A stretch of 64,000 bases of DNA, taken from Candidatus Binataceae bacterium (GTDB lineage: Bacteria > Desulfobacterota > Binatia > Binatales > Binataceae). The notes beneath the pieces were generated by a model. The model ran no database searches. It was not told where the DNA came from and worked only from the letters and a program-made list of their open reading frames with translations. This document shows positions 1-11,061 of the stretch, one piece after another. Each line of letters opens with the position of its first letter. Within the stretch, counting starts at the first letter, position 1. The position numbers and the translations under genes were made by a program. The stretch is from NCBI GenBank assembly GCA_963752805.1, contig CAVWAA010000003.1, positions 31,233 through 95,232 on the forward strand. Reading direction: 5' to 3'.

Positions 1-108
1 ATGCCGCATTAAAGGCCGATTAGAGCGCACCGTCAACTAACGCGAGGTTCCCGTTTTATAAATTTTGAGGATGTCCTGGCTATGGCGCAGTCCGCGAAAG
101 CACGGCCG

Positions 109-1407
109 TTATGACAAATATCGATAGGCGAATTGCTCAATCGCTCGCCGGAGCGGCTCGGGTAGGTGCCTCCAGACATCGGTCAGGACGCGGCGTTTAG
201 GCGAGAGCACCTCGCTACTTGATGGGTAATGCGGCGCGATCGGAAAGAAGGCATATGGCAGGGGGCTCGAGTGGCCTCCAAGGCCACGTTTGAAACGATT
301 GAGGCCAGAGTTCCGGATATCGCTGCGGCCCAGATCCAAGCACCGAAATTTTCCTGCCCAGTGTTCGACTAACGACCAGGTCAGCAGATGACCTGCCCCT
401 GCAGTCTCATCGGAGTCACGCGCACTCCACTTGTAATGCAGCGTGTCTCCCTGGCCGAGCAAGAATACGGCGGCAACGTCGTGTTCCTGATGCGATGCCA
501 ACCAAACGTCAATTCTGTCATCGAAAAGTTGCCGTACGATATTAAAAAAGCGAAACGGCTGACATGGCAATCCTAAGCGTCGGCGTGACCGCTTGTGGAG
601 CCGGTAGAATCGCCCAACCATCTCCGGCGAGCTGCCATGGTCGATCCGAAAGGTAGATCTGCGGGCTTTGACTAGGTTGCGGCGGAAATTTGTTTCCAAC
701 CCGCGATAGAGTCCTGCTACCGAACCCGAGGTATCCAATTCCCATGAAAGAAAGTGGTCCGCGCTTTGCCATTCAGGCGGTGCACTAATGCCTCGGATCT
801 CAAATCGGTCATGGCCGAAGCACTCACTCAAACGACCGAGCAAGCTGGCCTCGGCATCCGCTTCCACCGCTAGCGGCGGGCAAGCATCTGAAAATGGTAA
901 CGATACCCACCACCGTGCAAAAGGCCGCCGCACCCGAGCAAGCAGCACGCCGGCGTCGGCAACCCCGCCCCGCTCGATAATTGCCGCTCGAAAAGCAAAA
1001 CCGTAGGTGAGGCGCAGCGCTTCAATCCATTGTTCCGAGTGATAGAGAGTGGCCTGCGGGCTCAAACGAGTGAGAGCACGCCATTGCGCGTGAACGTACT
1101 CAAGAGGCTCAAACTTGATGGTCGGTGGCTTCGCGCACGCTGAGGAATGGTTCGGCGCACGCTTGTGACGCTGCTCGAGAAAATACTCCTTGCCCCCATG
1201 ATAACAAACGCTCGTGGCCGTCCTCGACGAACCAGCAACCTTGTGCAACAGCGCCCCTCCGTTCGGGCTGAATGGTCGCGGTAAAACAAATCGGCGACTC
1301 GCCGGAGCGTAGCGGCAAACTTTATGCCGTCCATGATTTCTCTGAAATTCCACAAACGCCATGACATTCCGCCCAGCATTCCTAGCCAGCCAGAGTACTG
1401 GGCACAC
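109..1407 (-). CDS. GNAT/FemAB-like acetyltransferase (CelD/BcsL-type); true start probably downstream of 1407
   Basis: Motifs ATLYHSEQW, SLPFSD, FRRNLVKARR, LDLGRS...GLNRFKRGLG; the N-terminal ~90 aa of the ORF look non-coding. Confidence 0.75.
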   Translation of the reverse strand: MCPVLWLARNAGRNVMAFVEFQRNHGRHKVCRYAPASRRFVLPRPFSPNGGALLHKVAGSSRTATSVCYHGGKEYFLEQRHKRAPNHSSACAKPPTIKFEPLEYVHAQWRALTRLSPQATLYHSEQWIEALRLTYGFAFRAAIIERGGVADAGVLLARVRRPFARWWVSLPFSDACPPLAVEADAEASLLGRLSECFGHDRFEIRGISAPPEWQSADHFLSWELDTSGSVAGLYRGLETNFRRNLVKARRSTFRIDHGSSPEMVGRFYRLHKRSRRRLGLPCQPFRFFNIVRQLFDDRIDVWLASHQEHDVAAVFLLGQGDTLHYKWSARDSDETAGAGHLLTWSLVEHWAGKFRCLDLGRSDIRNSGLNRFKRGLGGHSSPLPYAFFPIAPHYPSSSEVLSPKRRVLTDVWRHLPEPLRRAIEQFAYRYLS

Positions 1408-1509
1408 AAATTGAGCCAGCGTTAATTACACGTTCCAGCGAGCTTTGCCCGCATCGGCCTCAATCAAAGCCATGTAACCAAAAACTGAATAGCTGCTCGC
1501 GAGTGCGGC

Positions 1510-2061
1510 TCAACCACGTTCTTTCAACGCGGCAAGGACCTCTTGCGCGTGACCATTGACCTTTACTTTAGGAAAGACCCGCCGCACGGTGCCGTCTTGT
1601 GCGATTATAAAAGTACTGCGTTCGATGCCCATGAATTCGCGGCCGTAGAGCAACTTCCGCTTGTAGACCCCATAGGCCCTGGTTACCTGGTTGCCAGGAT
1701 CGCTTAAGAGGGGGAAGGTGAGTCCGTGCTTTTCGATGAACTTTTGATGGGATGCGGGGGTATCGGCGCTCACGCCTACGACCTGAGCCCCCGCGGCTTG
1801 TAACTGTTTAAGGTTGTCGCGGAAGCTGCACGCCTCGGTAGTGCATCCAGGCGTCATGTCCTTCGGATAGAAGTAAAGCACTACGTCCCCGCGCTGTCTC
1901 AGAGCTCGCAACGAAACGGGTTTGTCATCCTGATCAGGCAGGGTAAAGTCGGGCGCTCTCGCGCCCTCTAAGTCTGATGGGCCAGCTTCGCTGCCGGGCG
2001 GCATGCGCGTCTTTGAGCTGGTGGATCTGGGCCTGACGGGCGGTTGCGAGGTTCGAGCCAT
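1510..2061 (-). CDS. bcp: Thioredoxin-dependent thiol peroxidase (BCP/PrxQ)
   Basis: APDFTLPDQD, VLYFYPKDMTPGCTTEACSFRD, ERSTFII; start set at the ATG at 2061 after a purine-rich RBS. Confidence 0.92.
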   Translation of the reverse strand: MARTSQPPVRPRSTSSKTRMPPGSEAGPSDLEGARAPDFTLPDQDDKPVSLRALRQRGDVVLYFYPKDMTPGCTTEACSFRDNLKQLQAAGAQVVGVSADTPASHQKFIEKHGLTFPLLSDPGNQVTRAYGVYKRKLLYGREFMGIERSTFIIAQDGTVRRVFPKVKVNGHAQEVLAALKERG

Positions 2062-2198
2062 TACTCTTCTCCCATGCTTGTTGATAGCGAAGCGTCGCAT
2101 CTGCGGCGATTGGGCGGCATTACCACATTCAACCGGCAAGAGGGTCCCGCGATTCGAGCCTAAAAAGGTTCATCACTGCTGTTTTCGCTGTCTCGCAG

Positions 2199-2227
2199 TT
2201 GACGAAATTACTATCAGGTTCTAGACT
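2199..2227 (+). promoter_or_regulatory. Putative sigma70 promoter for thrB
   Basis: TTGACG-N17-TAGACT ending 34 nt upstream of the ATG at 2262. Confidence 0.5.
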
Positions 2228-2261
2228 TGCGACGGGCAAGGCGCCACCTAGCTTAAATTTC

Positions 2262-3296
2262 ATGGCCGTTTATACCGAGCTCAAAAAAACTTTAATCGAC
2301 GAGCTCGCAGACGACTATAACCTAGGCCGCATCACCGCTGTTATTCCAATCCCCGAAGGCTCGGTCAACTCCAACTATCTAATCGAAACCGCCAAGGCGC
2401 GCCTTCTCCTGCGCATCGATGAAGCCAAAAGCGAAGGCGAGGTGAAGCGTGAAATCGATTTGCTTGCGTTCCTTCGCAAGCATTCGTTCCCTTGTCCTCA
2501 CCCACTGCAGGATCGCATGGGCCGCGTCTACCGAGAGTATGACGGCAAATGCCTGTCGCTTTTCCGCTATGTTGAAGGGCGTGTGCTGCCAGTTGCGCGC
2601 CTGCGCCCGGCGCAATTGGAAAACATAGGCCGTGCCCTCGGCGAACTGCACGTCATCGGAAAAGGCTATAAGAAGGGAATTGACAATCGATTCAGCTTCG
2701 AGCGAATCGCCGATCTCTATGTCGCCGTGCGCGGGCGCCTGCCCAATTACTTTCGCAAAGTCACCCGCACCCTGGAAGACGAAATCGAATACCTTACTCG
2801 CTATCTCGAGGGCAAGTTACCCAAAGGCATCATTCATGGCGATTTATTCGCCGATAACCTGCTGTTCCGCGGCGAAAAACTGACGGCGATGCTCGATTTC
2901 GAGGCCGCTTGCCGTGGCAAGTTCATCTTCGATATCGCCACCTCGGTTAATGCGCTGTGTTTCGTCGAGGGGGGCTACTCACTCGACCGCTTCCGCTATT
3001 TGCTGCGGGGCTATGAATCCGTGCGGACGCTGTCGCTCGCCGAATGGGACGCGTTCCCCAACGAACTACGCTACTCCTCGCTTCGCTTTACGGTTACCCG
3101 GCTCCACGATTTTTTTCTGCGGCCGATCAACGGTTCGCAACGCGTCAACAAAGACTTTCATGAATTCTTTGACCGCCTGCGCGTGCTGCGCCGCGAACGG
3201 GAAGGCGGCATGGAAGCATTGCTGATGGCGATGGCAACCGGCTACGACTATCGCAAATACCAGAAAGTCAAAGCCCGCGAACGGCTCAAGGCGTGA
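2262..3296 (+). CDS. thrB: Homoserine kinase type II (APH/choline-kinase fold)
   Basis: MAVYT start, GSVNSNY, LPKGIIHGDLFADN, LDFEAAC. Confidence 0.85.
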   Translation: MAVYTELKKTLIDELADDYNLGRITAVIPIPEGSVNSNYLIETAKARLLLRIDEAKSEGEVKREIDLLAFLRKHSFPCPHPLQDRMGRVYREYDGKCLSLFRYVEGRVLPVARLRPAQLENIGRALGELHVIGKGYKKGIDNRFSFERIADLYVAVRGRLPNYFRKVTRTLEDEIEYLTRYLEGKLPKGIIHGDLFADNLLFRGEKLTAMLDFEAACRGKFIFDIATSVNALCFVEGGYSLDRFRYLLRGYESVRTLSLAEWDAFPNELRYSSLRFTVTRLHDFFLRPINGSQRVNKDFHEFFDRLRVLRREREGGMEALLMAMATGYDYRKYQKVKARERLKA

Positions 3297-3344
3297 GCAT
3301 TCGTCTGCACGCTCCTGATGAGTTGACGCGAGCTTCCAGCCATC

Positions 3345-4298
3345 ATGCGCCTCCGCACTATGGTTTGTGGTGCGGGTTTCGCCGAGGGACGCTTATTGAA
3401 TCCTATCTTGTCAAGTCTTGATAGCCGAACGCCTTCGCTCTGGCTCGAAATCGCGCCGCCGCGCGGTATCGCTGTCGAATCTCTGCTTCAAAAGCTGGCA
3501 ATCATTCGCAGCCACGCGATTGCAATCAATTTGGCTGACAACGCGCTTGGCAAGGTCAAGATGTCGGGCCTGGTGTTCGCCTCAATGATAAAAGCCCGCC
3601 TGGGAATGGCCATTGCTCTTAACGTCTCCTGTCGCGATCGCAATCGCTTCGCTCTCAAGTCGGATTTGCTCGGTGCTGGCGCTCTCGGCATCGAGGCGAT
3701 AGTGGCCCTGCGCGGCGATAAGCTGGCGAAGGATGGCAGTGCTGGCGCCCGGCCAGTCCATGACGTCGATACTTTCGGCCTGCTCCAAATCATCACAGAC
3801 CTCAATCGCGGCGATACCGGCGAAGGCAAAAGGATGCTGAAAACCCTGCCGAGGCTGCTGCTCGGCGTGGTGGGCAATCCCAACCGTCAGCCACTTGAGC
3901 CCGAGGTTGAGCTGTTACGGCGCAAAGCTGCGGCGGGCGCGCAATTCGTGGTGACACAGCCGGTCTTCGATCGAAAAACCGCCCTGACTTTTGCGGAGCA
4001 GGCGAATCGCTTAGGGCTTAGGGTCGTGCTTGGAATTCTGCCTCTCAAGCGCGAATCGATGGCTGATTATATGAGGACGAACATAAAAGATTTGAGCGGC
4101 GCCGTTCATCACTTTGCACGCTACACCGGACTTAATGACGATGATGCACGCCGAATGTCGCTTGAATGGAATCTTTCCCTGATGGACGGGCTAGCCCCCG
4201 ACGTGGCAGGCTTTAACATTATGAGCGGTGGAGGACCCTCACTTGCGATCGAACTCGCGCTCGAATGGAGCCGTCACGCCGGCGGAATCCGTCAGTGA
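3345..4298 (+). CDS. Methylenetetrahydrofolate reductase family protein
   Basis: [35 protein letters not shown]; start uncertain. Confidence 0.85.
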   Translation: MRLRTMVCGAGFAEGRLLNPILSSLDSRTPSLWLEIAPPRGIAVESLLQKLAIIRSHAIAINLADNALGKVKMSGLVFASMIKARLGMAIALNVSCRDRNRFALKSDLLGAGALGIEAIVALRGDKLAKDGSAGARPVHDVDTFGLLQIITDLNRGDTGEGKRMLKTLPRLLLGVVGNPNRQPLEPEVELLRRKAAAGAQFVVTQPVFDRKTALTFAEQANRLGLRVVLGILPLKRESMADYMRTNIKDLSGAVHHFARYTGLNDDDARRMSLEWNLSLMDGLAPDVAGFNIMSGGGPSLAIELALEWSRHAGGIRQ

Positions 4299-4887
4299 TA
4301 AGCGACGAACAAACGCTCGAGACCGCAGCTCGGCTGAAAATGCAGTGCGGTGCATCCTTCGCCATATCGGCGAAGATCCCGAGCGGGAAGGGCTGGCGCG
4401 GACACCCAGCCGGGTCGTGCAAGCCTACGAATACCTGACCAGCGGGTATAGGCAGAATCCCAAACAGGCCATCAACGGCGCGCTCTTCACCGAAGAGCAT
4501 TATCAGGAAATCATCCTTTGCCGGGACTTGGACTTCTATTCCCTGTGCGAACACCATCTGCTGCCATTTATCGGTAAGGCACATGTCGCGTATCTGCCGA
4601 ACCGCCATATCGTCGGATTATCAAAAATTGCCCGGCTGGTCGAAATTTACGCCCGGCGGTTACAAATTCAGGAACGCCTGACCACGCAGATTGCCCAAAC
4701 TATCATGGACGAAATCAAGCCGCTCGGGGTCGCGGTCGTGCTCGAAGCGGAACATCTCTGCATGCGCATGAGAGGGGTCGAGAAGCAGAATTCGCACGTG
4801 ACAACGTCGGCGATGCTAGGGCGCTTCCGCACTCATCTTGAGACTCGCCAGGAATTTATGAACCTCTTGCGCAACGGCAAAAATTGA
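4228..4887 (+). CDS. folE: GTP cyclohydrolase I
   Basis: [45 protein letters not shown]. Confidence 0.95.
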   Translation: MEDPHLRSNSRSNGAVTPAESVSDKRRTNARDRSSAENAVRCILRHIGEDPEREGLARTPSRVVQAYEYLTSGYRQNPKQAINGALFTEEHYQEIILCRDLDFYSLCEHHLLPFIGKAHVAYLPNRHIVGLSKIARLVEIYARRLQIQERLTTQIAQTIMDEIKPLGVAVVLEAEHLCMRMRGVEKQNSHVTTSAMLGRFRTHLETRQEFMNLLRNGKN

Positions 4888-4902
4888 CGTGGCTAAACCC
4901 CA

Positions 4903-5619
4903 GTGCCCCGCGATTCTTCCCCCCTTACCGCCGCCACCAATATCAGCCCGGATTGTCTTGGTGGACTTGCCAGGGCCGCGCTGCGATATGTCAAATCTGG
5001 CCAGATTATCGGCCTCGGCAGCGGTCGAGCCGCGAGTGCGTTTATTCGCGCCGTGGCCGAAGCCCGCCTTGATATCCGCGGTGTACCAACGTCGTCCGCC
5101 AGCGCCGAATTAGCCCGGTCCCTCAAAATCCAGCTTGTGGACCTGGATGCGGTTCGCCGACTCGATGCGGATTTCGACGGCGCCGATGAAGTCGATCCAC
5201 ACCTTGACATGGTGAAGGGCCGGGGAGGAGCGATGGTGAGGGAAAAGGTGGTCGCGGTCGCCTCACGCCGGCGAATTTTCCTGGTTGACGATGAAAAAAT
5301 CGTCAAACGACTTGGCGAACACGGCAATCTGCCGATCGAGGTCGTCCCCTTCGCCGCACCGCTGGTTTTGCGGGAAATCACCAAGTTGGGACTCAAACCT
5401 AAGGTGCGACTCGATGACGGGGGCCATCAATTTATCAGCGACAACGGCAACATGATCTTCGACTGCCGGGTATCGCCGATTCGGAGCCCCGCGCGCCTGG
5501 AAACCGATCTGCTCACCGTTCCGGGTGTGGTGGGCACAGGCCTTTTCCTGGGAATTGCCGATGTAGTACTGGTCATGTCTGGCGATGGAAAAATTACCAC
5601 CCTGCGCCGCTCTCATTGA
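4903..5619 (+). CDS. rpiA: Ribose-5-phosphate isomerase A
   Basis: GLGSG, DGADEVD, KGRGGA..REKVV, PGVVGTGLF. Confidence 0.95.
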   Translation: MPRDSSPLTAATNISPDCLGGLARAALRYVKSGQIIGLGSGRAASAFIRAVAEARLDIRGVPTSSASAELARSLKIQLVDLDAVRRLDADFDGADEVDPHLDMVKGRGGAMVREKVVAVASRRRIFLVDDEKIVKRLGEHGNLPIEVVPFAAPLVLREITKLGLKPKVRLDDGGHQFISDNGNMIFDCRVSPIRSPARLETDLLTVPGVVGTGLFLGIADVVLVMSGDGKITTLRRSH

Positions 5620-5706
5620 ATGTCCCAATCAACCATGGCAAGCAAATGCCGCACGCACGGGGATCCTTGATGTGGAGCCGACGCGCACTGAATGAGAGGC
5701 TGGCTC

Positions 5707-6567
5707 ATGAAACTGGTTAGATATGCTGATAACGGCGGAACCTCGCTCGGGGTCGTGAAAAACGACGGGGTGATCGAGTTGGGCAAGCACTGGCCGGCGG
5801 TGCGCGACGACATGATCGCGCTAATCAAAATGTGGCCCGACATCGCATCCGCCTTGCCCATGCTGGTCGCCGATTCGGCTCCGGATGCGGCGCTCGCTGA
5901 CGTCCGCCTGCTTGCTCCGGTGGACCGTCCCGGAAAAATACTCGCGATTGGGCTCAATTATGCAGATCACATCAGGGAAACTGGCCAGCAAACTCCACCT
6001 CATCAGATCTGGTTCACCAAAGCAGTAACCTCCATCAACGCACCCTTCGATCCTGTCCAGCTGCCGGCTGCATCAGAGCAAGTCGATTATGAAGCTGAAC
6101 TGGTCGTAATTATCGGCCAGCGCTGCAAGCACATCGCCAAGGAGCGTGCGCCGGAAGTGATTTTTGGCTATTGCGCAGGTAATGACGTATCGGTTCGCGA
6201 CTGGCAGTTGCGGACCAGTCAATGGGTACTTGGTAAATCATTCGACACTCATGCTCCAATCGGTCCCTGGATAGTGACGCCGGACGAGATCGTCGATCCA
6301 CATGCGTTAAACATCCGATGTCTTGTAAATGGAGAACAGCGGCAAAACTCTAACACCAGGCATCTAATCTTCAACGTGTTTGATCAGATCGCGCATCTCA
6401 GCAACGCGATGACCCTGGAGCCGGGCGACGCGATTTTCACCGGCACGCCGGGTGGTGTCGGACTGGCGATGAATCCACCGCGATGGCTCAAAGCGGGCGA
6501 CAAGGTCCGGGTTGAAATTGATCGAATCGGCGCAATCGAAGCGGTGATGCGCGCCGAGGCCCTCTGA
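5707..6567 (+). CDS. Fumarylacetoacetate hydrolase family protein
   Basis: KILAIGLNYADH, DYEAEL, NDVSVRDWQ, GKSFDT, TGTPGGVG. Confidence 0.92.
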   Translation: MKLVRYADNGGTSLGVVKNDGVIELGKHWPAVRDDMIALIKMWPDIASALPMLVADSAPDAALADVRLLAPVDRPGKILAIGLNYADHIRETGQQTPPHQIWFTKAVTSINAPFDPVQLPAASEQVDYEAELVVIIGQRCKHIAKERAPEVIFGYCAGNDVSVRDWQLRTSQWVLGKSFDTHAPIGPWIVTPDEIVDPHALNIRCLVNGEQRQNSNTRHLIFNVFDQIAHLSNAMTLEPGDAIFTGTPGGVGLAMNPPRWLKAGDKVRVEIDRIGAIEAVMRAEAL

Positions 6568-6769
6568 AGCTGTGACGACGCGGACTCAAACGCACGTTCG
6601 CTGACCGCCAGATGGTGGACAGCCTCGCCAGGCACCCCGCCAGAGCGAGTTCAAGATAGGTCCGACTCCAATTGCTTTTAATGCGGCTCGCGACGAAGCT
6701 GGAGGATTCTAGAACCGATGTTAGTCCCAGCCGCGGGCTCCGAACTGCGCGGAGAGGCAATTTAGCGCG

Positions 6770-7582
6770 ATGAAACAAGACTTAGACACGGTTTTCTTTG
6801 ACTCACCGCGCCCCCGCGTGATGGCGCATCGTGGCGCCAGCGGTGAATACCCCGAGAATACGATGCCGGCGTTCCGCGCCGCGGTGGAGGCGGGGGCTGA
6901 TTATATTGAGCTCGACGTCCATTGCACTTGCGACGGCGAAGTCGTGGTTGTTCATGACGACCGGTTGTCGCGAATCGCCTCTGACAATCGCCTCGTCGGG
7001 GAGATGACGATGGCGGAGCTTGAGGCGGTCGATGCTGCCTTTAATTTTTCTCCCGATGGCGCCGGTTGGCCTTTCCGCAGCCTGGGAATTCGCGTGCCTA
7101 GACTCGCTGAGGTGCTAGAGTTATGTGCCGGGCTGCGATTCGTAATCGAGTTTAAACCGCACGATTCGGTAATTGCCGACGCCACGCTTGAAGTCGTCCG
7201 ACGGGCTGGAATGGGCCGGCGGGTGCTGTTCGCGAGTGAACATCTTCCGCCGATCGCACGTGTCAGGACGCTGGCGCCACAAATCCCGACCAATCTCACG
7301 GCCACCGAAATCTTCGCATTCATGCAATCTTTACAGCCAGGAGCCCCGCCCTATGCGGCGGCCGGTGATGCGTTGCAAATTCCGCCTGAGCATCGCGGAA
7401 TGCCGCTCGCGACACCGGAAGTGGTCGCCGCTGCGCATCGGAATGGGCTCGAAGTTCACGTCTGGACGATCAACGACCAGGCAAAAATGGAAGAAATGCT
7501 ATCGCTGGGCGTCAACGGCATCATTACCGACTATCCCACCCGGCTGCTGACCCTGCTCCATTCACGGCAGCAGGGAGAATAA
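6770..7582 (+). CDS. Glycerophosphodiester phosphodiesterase
   Basis: AHRGASGEYPENT, IELDVH, VVHD, WTIND, GIITDYP. Confidence 0.92.
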   Translation: MKQDLDTVFFDSPRPRVMAHRGASGEYPENTMPAFRAAVEAGADYIELDVHCTCDGEVVVVHDDRLSRIASDNRLVGEMTMAELEAVDAAFNFSPDGAGWPFRSLGIRVPRLAEVLELCAGLRFVIEFKPHDSVIADATLEVVRRAGMGRRVLFASEHLPPIARVRTLAPQIPTNLTATEIFAFMQSLQPGAPPYAAAGDALQIPPEHRGMPLATPEVVAAAHRNGLEVHVWTINDQAKMEEMLSLGVNGIITDYPTRLLTLLHSRQQGE

Positions 7583-7620
7583 AGGCAGGAGGGGGAAGGA
7601 AGCAGAGGGAGAGTATTCGA

Positions 7621-8637
7621 ATGAAACTCGATATCGGCATCTCAACCCGGGATTTGAGTGAAGTGCCGGCCGAAGCCAAACGGGCTGAACAACTTGGCTT
7701 CGACGCGCTGTGGTCGATGGAAGCAGGCAACGACGCCTTGCTGCCTCTTGCACTCGCCGCAGAGCATACCCGGCGAATCAAGCTCGGGCCTTCGGTCGCG
7801 ATTGCCTTTCCCCGCAGCCCGATGGCGATGGCGTACACGGCGTGGGATTTGGCCGCACTTTCCAAGGGACGTTTCATTCTGGGACTCGGCACTCAGGTCA
7901 AAGGCCATATTGAGCGGCGCTACGGGGTCAAATGGGAAGCGCCGGTGGCGAAGTTGCGCGAATACGTGTTGGCATTGAAGGCAATATTCAAGTGCTGGGT
8001 GGAAGGGGGCAAGAAGCTCGCGTTTCAAGGCAAATACTACAATTTTTCGCTGATGACCCCGTTCTTCGCGCCGCGGCCCCATAATCATCCGATTCCGATT
8101 TACATTGCAGGCGTCAATGAGCACATTTTGCGGCTCGCTGGTGAGCATTGCGACGGACTCCATGCGCATCCTTTCACCTCGGCGAAATACCTGCGCGAAT
8201 TCCTGATCCCTCATGTGGAGGAAGGTCTCGTCAAATCCGGCCGCACACGCAAAGACTTCACAGTCTTTACTACCGCCTTCGTAATTCTCGGGCGCAACCA
8301 GGAGGAAATCGAACGAGCCAAGGCCGGGGTACGTCAGCAGATCTCGTTCTATGCCTCGACCCGCACATACAAGGTGGTGCTCGATACGCACGGATGGGGC
8401 GACATCGCTTACAAACTCAACGAGCTGGCGGCCAAGGGTGATTGGGGCTCAATGCCGAAGCTGATTACCGACGAAATGCTTGATGTGTACGCAGTCAGCG
8501 GCACCTATGATAACATTGCGGAAAAGATGCAGGAGCGTTTTGACGGCCTGCTCGACCGTGTAGCTTTTTATGTGCCGTACAAAGCGGCGTTCGACGACGA
8601 TGGCTGGAGCAAGCTCTGCAGGCGCTTCAACGGCTAA
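7621..8637 (+). CDS. LLM-class F420-dependent oxidoreductase (TIGR03617-like)
   Basis: AIAFPRSPM, GRFILGLGTQVKGHIERRY, SLMTPFF, FYASTRTY. Confidence 0.88.
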   Translation: MKLDIGISTRDLSEVPAEAKRAEQLGFDALWSMEAGNDALLPLALAAEHTRRIKLGPSVAIAFPRSPMAMAYTAWDLAALSKGRFILGLGTQVKGHIERRYGVKWEAPVAKLREYVLALKAIFKCWVEGGKKLAFQGKYYNFSLMTPFFAPRPHNHPIPIYIAGVNEHILRLAGEHCDGLHAHPFTSAKYLREFLIPHVEEGLVKSGRTRKDFTVFTTAFVILGRNQEEIERAKAGVRQQISFYASTRTYKVVLDTHGWGDIAYKLNELAAKGDWGSMPKLITDEMLDVYAVSGTYDNIAEKMQERFDGLLDRVAFYVPYKAAFDDDGWSKLCRRFNG

Positions 8638-8777
8638 TCGGGTGAACCGTCGCTGTTCTGGTCAGACCCATTCTCGATGCGGCGCGGATTCTCAAATCAA
8701 CCCTGGGCAGCTTTTCGCTTGATAACGACCGGCGCCCAAGGTGCCTGAGGCCGCGCTATCGGCTAGGCTAACCGCAG

Positions 8778-9621
8778 ATGGCCAGCCGTGTTCTATACGC
8801 AAGTTCACCGGATTGGGGCGTTAGGGGAGGGCGGCTGGATGAATTGGTCGCCAATCCGGATTTCCGAGTACTGAAAAAGACTTCGCGTACTTTGGCAGGA
8901 ATCGCGCAAGTTGACGGCGTCGAAGTCTTCGTCAAGCGCGTCGCGAGTGTCTCATGGGTAAAAGGTATTGTTGCTCGAGTTTGCGGTTCGAGAGCCAGAA
9001 GGACAGTCCAGGGCGCGGAAATCTTGCAGCGCACTGGTTTTTCGCATCCGAGGTTGATTGCGGCGTTTGAGCGATGTCAGTGCGGCTCGGTTCGGACCAG
9101 CTACGTTGTCGTCGAGTGTCTTCATCGACCGAAAATTCTAAGCCGCTTCGCGCTCGCCGACGGCCGCGATTTCCGCTGGCGCCGATGGCTTTCCGAACGC
9201 CTGGCACAGACGATTCGCAGCCTACATGATGCCGGTTGCTACACGCGCGATTTGCAGGAAACCAACCTGATGCTGGAAGCGCAGGGCGGCAGGCTGAAAA
9301 TTTATTTCACTGACCTTGAAGATTTCCGTCAGGTGCCTCGGGTTTCGCGGCGGCTCAGGATGCTTAACCTGATTCATCTCGATCGCAGTATTGGCCGCTT
9401 CGTCTCGCGCGCTCATCGGTTGCGGTTTCTTTACAATTACCTGGGCAGCAGACCGGGGAAAGTCGAAGCGCGGGCGCTGGTTGCACACCTGCAATCGGAT
9501 CCGTGAGCGAATCGAGCGGCGCAAACGACGGCAGCAGCGTACAAACGCGATCATCACACCGCCGCCGCACCGATCGCAAACCGTGAGGACTTCCGGGATT
9601 CCTCTTCTCCCAAGTCGCTGA
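8778..9621 (+). CDS. Lipopolysaccharide kinase (Kdo/WaaP/InaA) family; probable frameshift near 9495
   Basis: VFVKR, LHDAGCYTRDLQETN, TDLE, LRFLYNY; ORF stops at 9506 but a plausible helical C-terminus continues in another frame to 9621. Confidence 0.75.
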
Positions 9622-9647
9622 CCGGAAAATAGAATTAAGGAATACGC

Positions 9648-10373
9648 ATGGCGCTTCAGGCATTTAGGCGCGAATACACTCATCATACGGAGCGTATTCA
9701 TTCTGTCGGTGGTGGCAGCAGCCTCCGCGACGCGATGCTCGGGCTCAATGATGGGCTGGTGGCGGCATTTGCAGTCACCTCGGGGGTGGCGGGCGCCTTT
9801 AGCGCGAGCAAAATTGTTGTGATGGCGGGATTGGCAGAGATGCTGGGAGGAGCAGTGTCAATGGGACTGGCGGCGTTTGCGTCGACCCGCGCCCATCGGG
9901 AATTCTATCGCAGCGAAGAACAGCGCGAGCGCGACGAAATTAGAAGGTGGCCCGAGCACGAACGTGACGAAATTCGCAGTATCTATCGCGACAAGGGCTT
10001 CAGCGGACCGTTGCTCGACCAAATCGTTTTGCACATAACCGCCGACCCGACTCGATGGCGCAGCGTGATGATGCGAGAGGAACTGGGCTTCGGCGCCGAA
10101 GTGATGGAACCGCCGCTACGCTCGGCGTTGACGGTGGGCGGGACATATCTTATTGGCGCGGCTGTGCCGCTTCTGCCCTACTTGGCCGTCGAGCCGTCTT
10201 TCGGGATATTGATTTCGGCACTCGCCACCATCGTCGCACTGTTTGTGGTGGGTGCGGCCAAGACAGTGCTGACAGCGCGGCCCTGGTGGCGCAGCGGTCT
10301 TGAAAGCATGATGGTCGGCGCGGTTGCCGCGCTGGTCACCTACAGTGTCGGCCGAGCATTCGGGACGAGATGA
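9648..10373 (+). CDS. VIT1/CCC1 family Fe/Mn transporter
   Basis: LRDAMLGLNDGLV, GAVSMGL, MMREELG, multiple hydrophobic helices. Confidence 0.92.
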   Translation: MALQAFRREYTHHTERIHSVGGGSSLRDAMLGLNDGLVAAFAVTSGVAGAFSASKIVVMAGLAEMLGGAVSMGLAAFASTRAHREFYRSEEQRERDEIRRWPEHERDEIRSIYRDKGFSGPLLDQIVLHITADPTRWRSVMMREELGFGAEVMEPPLRSALTVGGTYLIGAAVPLLPYLAVEPSFGILISALATIVALFVVGAAKTVLTARPWWRSGLESMMVGAVAALVTYSVGRAFGTR

Positions 10374-10497
10374 CTAAGCCGGAGGGACCGTCCCGCGCAG
10401 GTGGACCAATTAGCGGAACGGGTCCGGCCTGTATAATCCCATCTTATCCGTGCATGCCGTAAGCGAAGCGCGAAAGGGGCCAAGCACCACGATCAGG

Positions 10498-11046
10498 TTA
10501 TAGCAAAGCACCGCGAAAGGGATCGTCGCGCTGAGGTGGATGCTGCAGCAAGTTGGCGGCCCATTTACGCGCCATCGTGAGTGCTTCTTCGGCTCGCTTG
10601 AACAGCCGTTCGCGATGCATCGTGCCCCAGACATAGACATCGACTGACGGTTCGTCAGCGAGGGTGACGTTGACCATCCAATCTTCGAGCTGCGGTCCAC
10701 AGATCAGCAGCCTGAGCAAACGCCCATGATCGAGTACTACGCCGCGCGCATTCTGTGGCAGCCGAAACTCTTCCTTGACGCGTTTCACTAACCGCGCAGG
10801 ATAGTGCTCCTCGGTCATTGGCACGTAAACCCAATCGCCGGGAGGAGGATTCGCCGCGCGCGCGATGCGCAGGTTGTTGTCCGTAAGATCTTCCTTGGCG
10901 CGCTCCTGCTCGTAGTCCTTGGCCACCGAGTAGAAAGTCATTGCAACCGGCAGTTGCGGCAGATCGCTTTCTGCTTTCGTCTGCTTGGGTTTTTTGATGT
11001 TGGTTTCCACCCACCAGCGATTATCAACATTGGGCTTCTGCGCCAT
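10498..11046 (-). CDS. Hypothetical protein
   Basis: Clean ORF with protein-like composition; no family recognised. Confidence 0.6.
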   Translation of the reverse strand: MAQKPNVDNRWWVETNIKKPKQTKAESDLPQLPVAMTFYSVAKDYEQERAKEDLTDNNLRIARAANPPPGDWVYVPMTEEHYPARLVKRVKEEFRLPQNARGVVLDHGRLLRLLICGPQLEDWMVNVTLADEPSVDVYVWGTMHRERLFKRAEEALTMARKWAANLLQHPPQRDDPFRGALL

Positions 11047-11061
11047 TTTTGCCAATTGCAG

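Noticed and set aside
7642-8391. Long antisense ORFs (also at 15321-16097, 56785-57549, 59906-60691)
   Set aside because: Shadow frames of well-supported genes, expected in GC-rich DNA.
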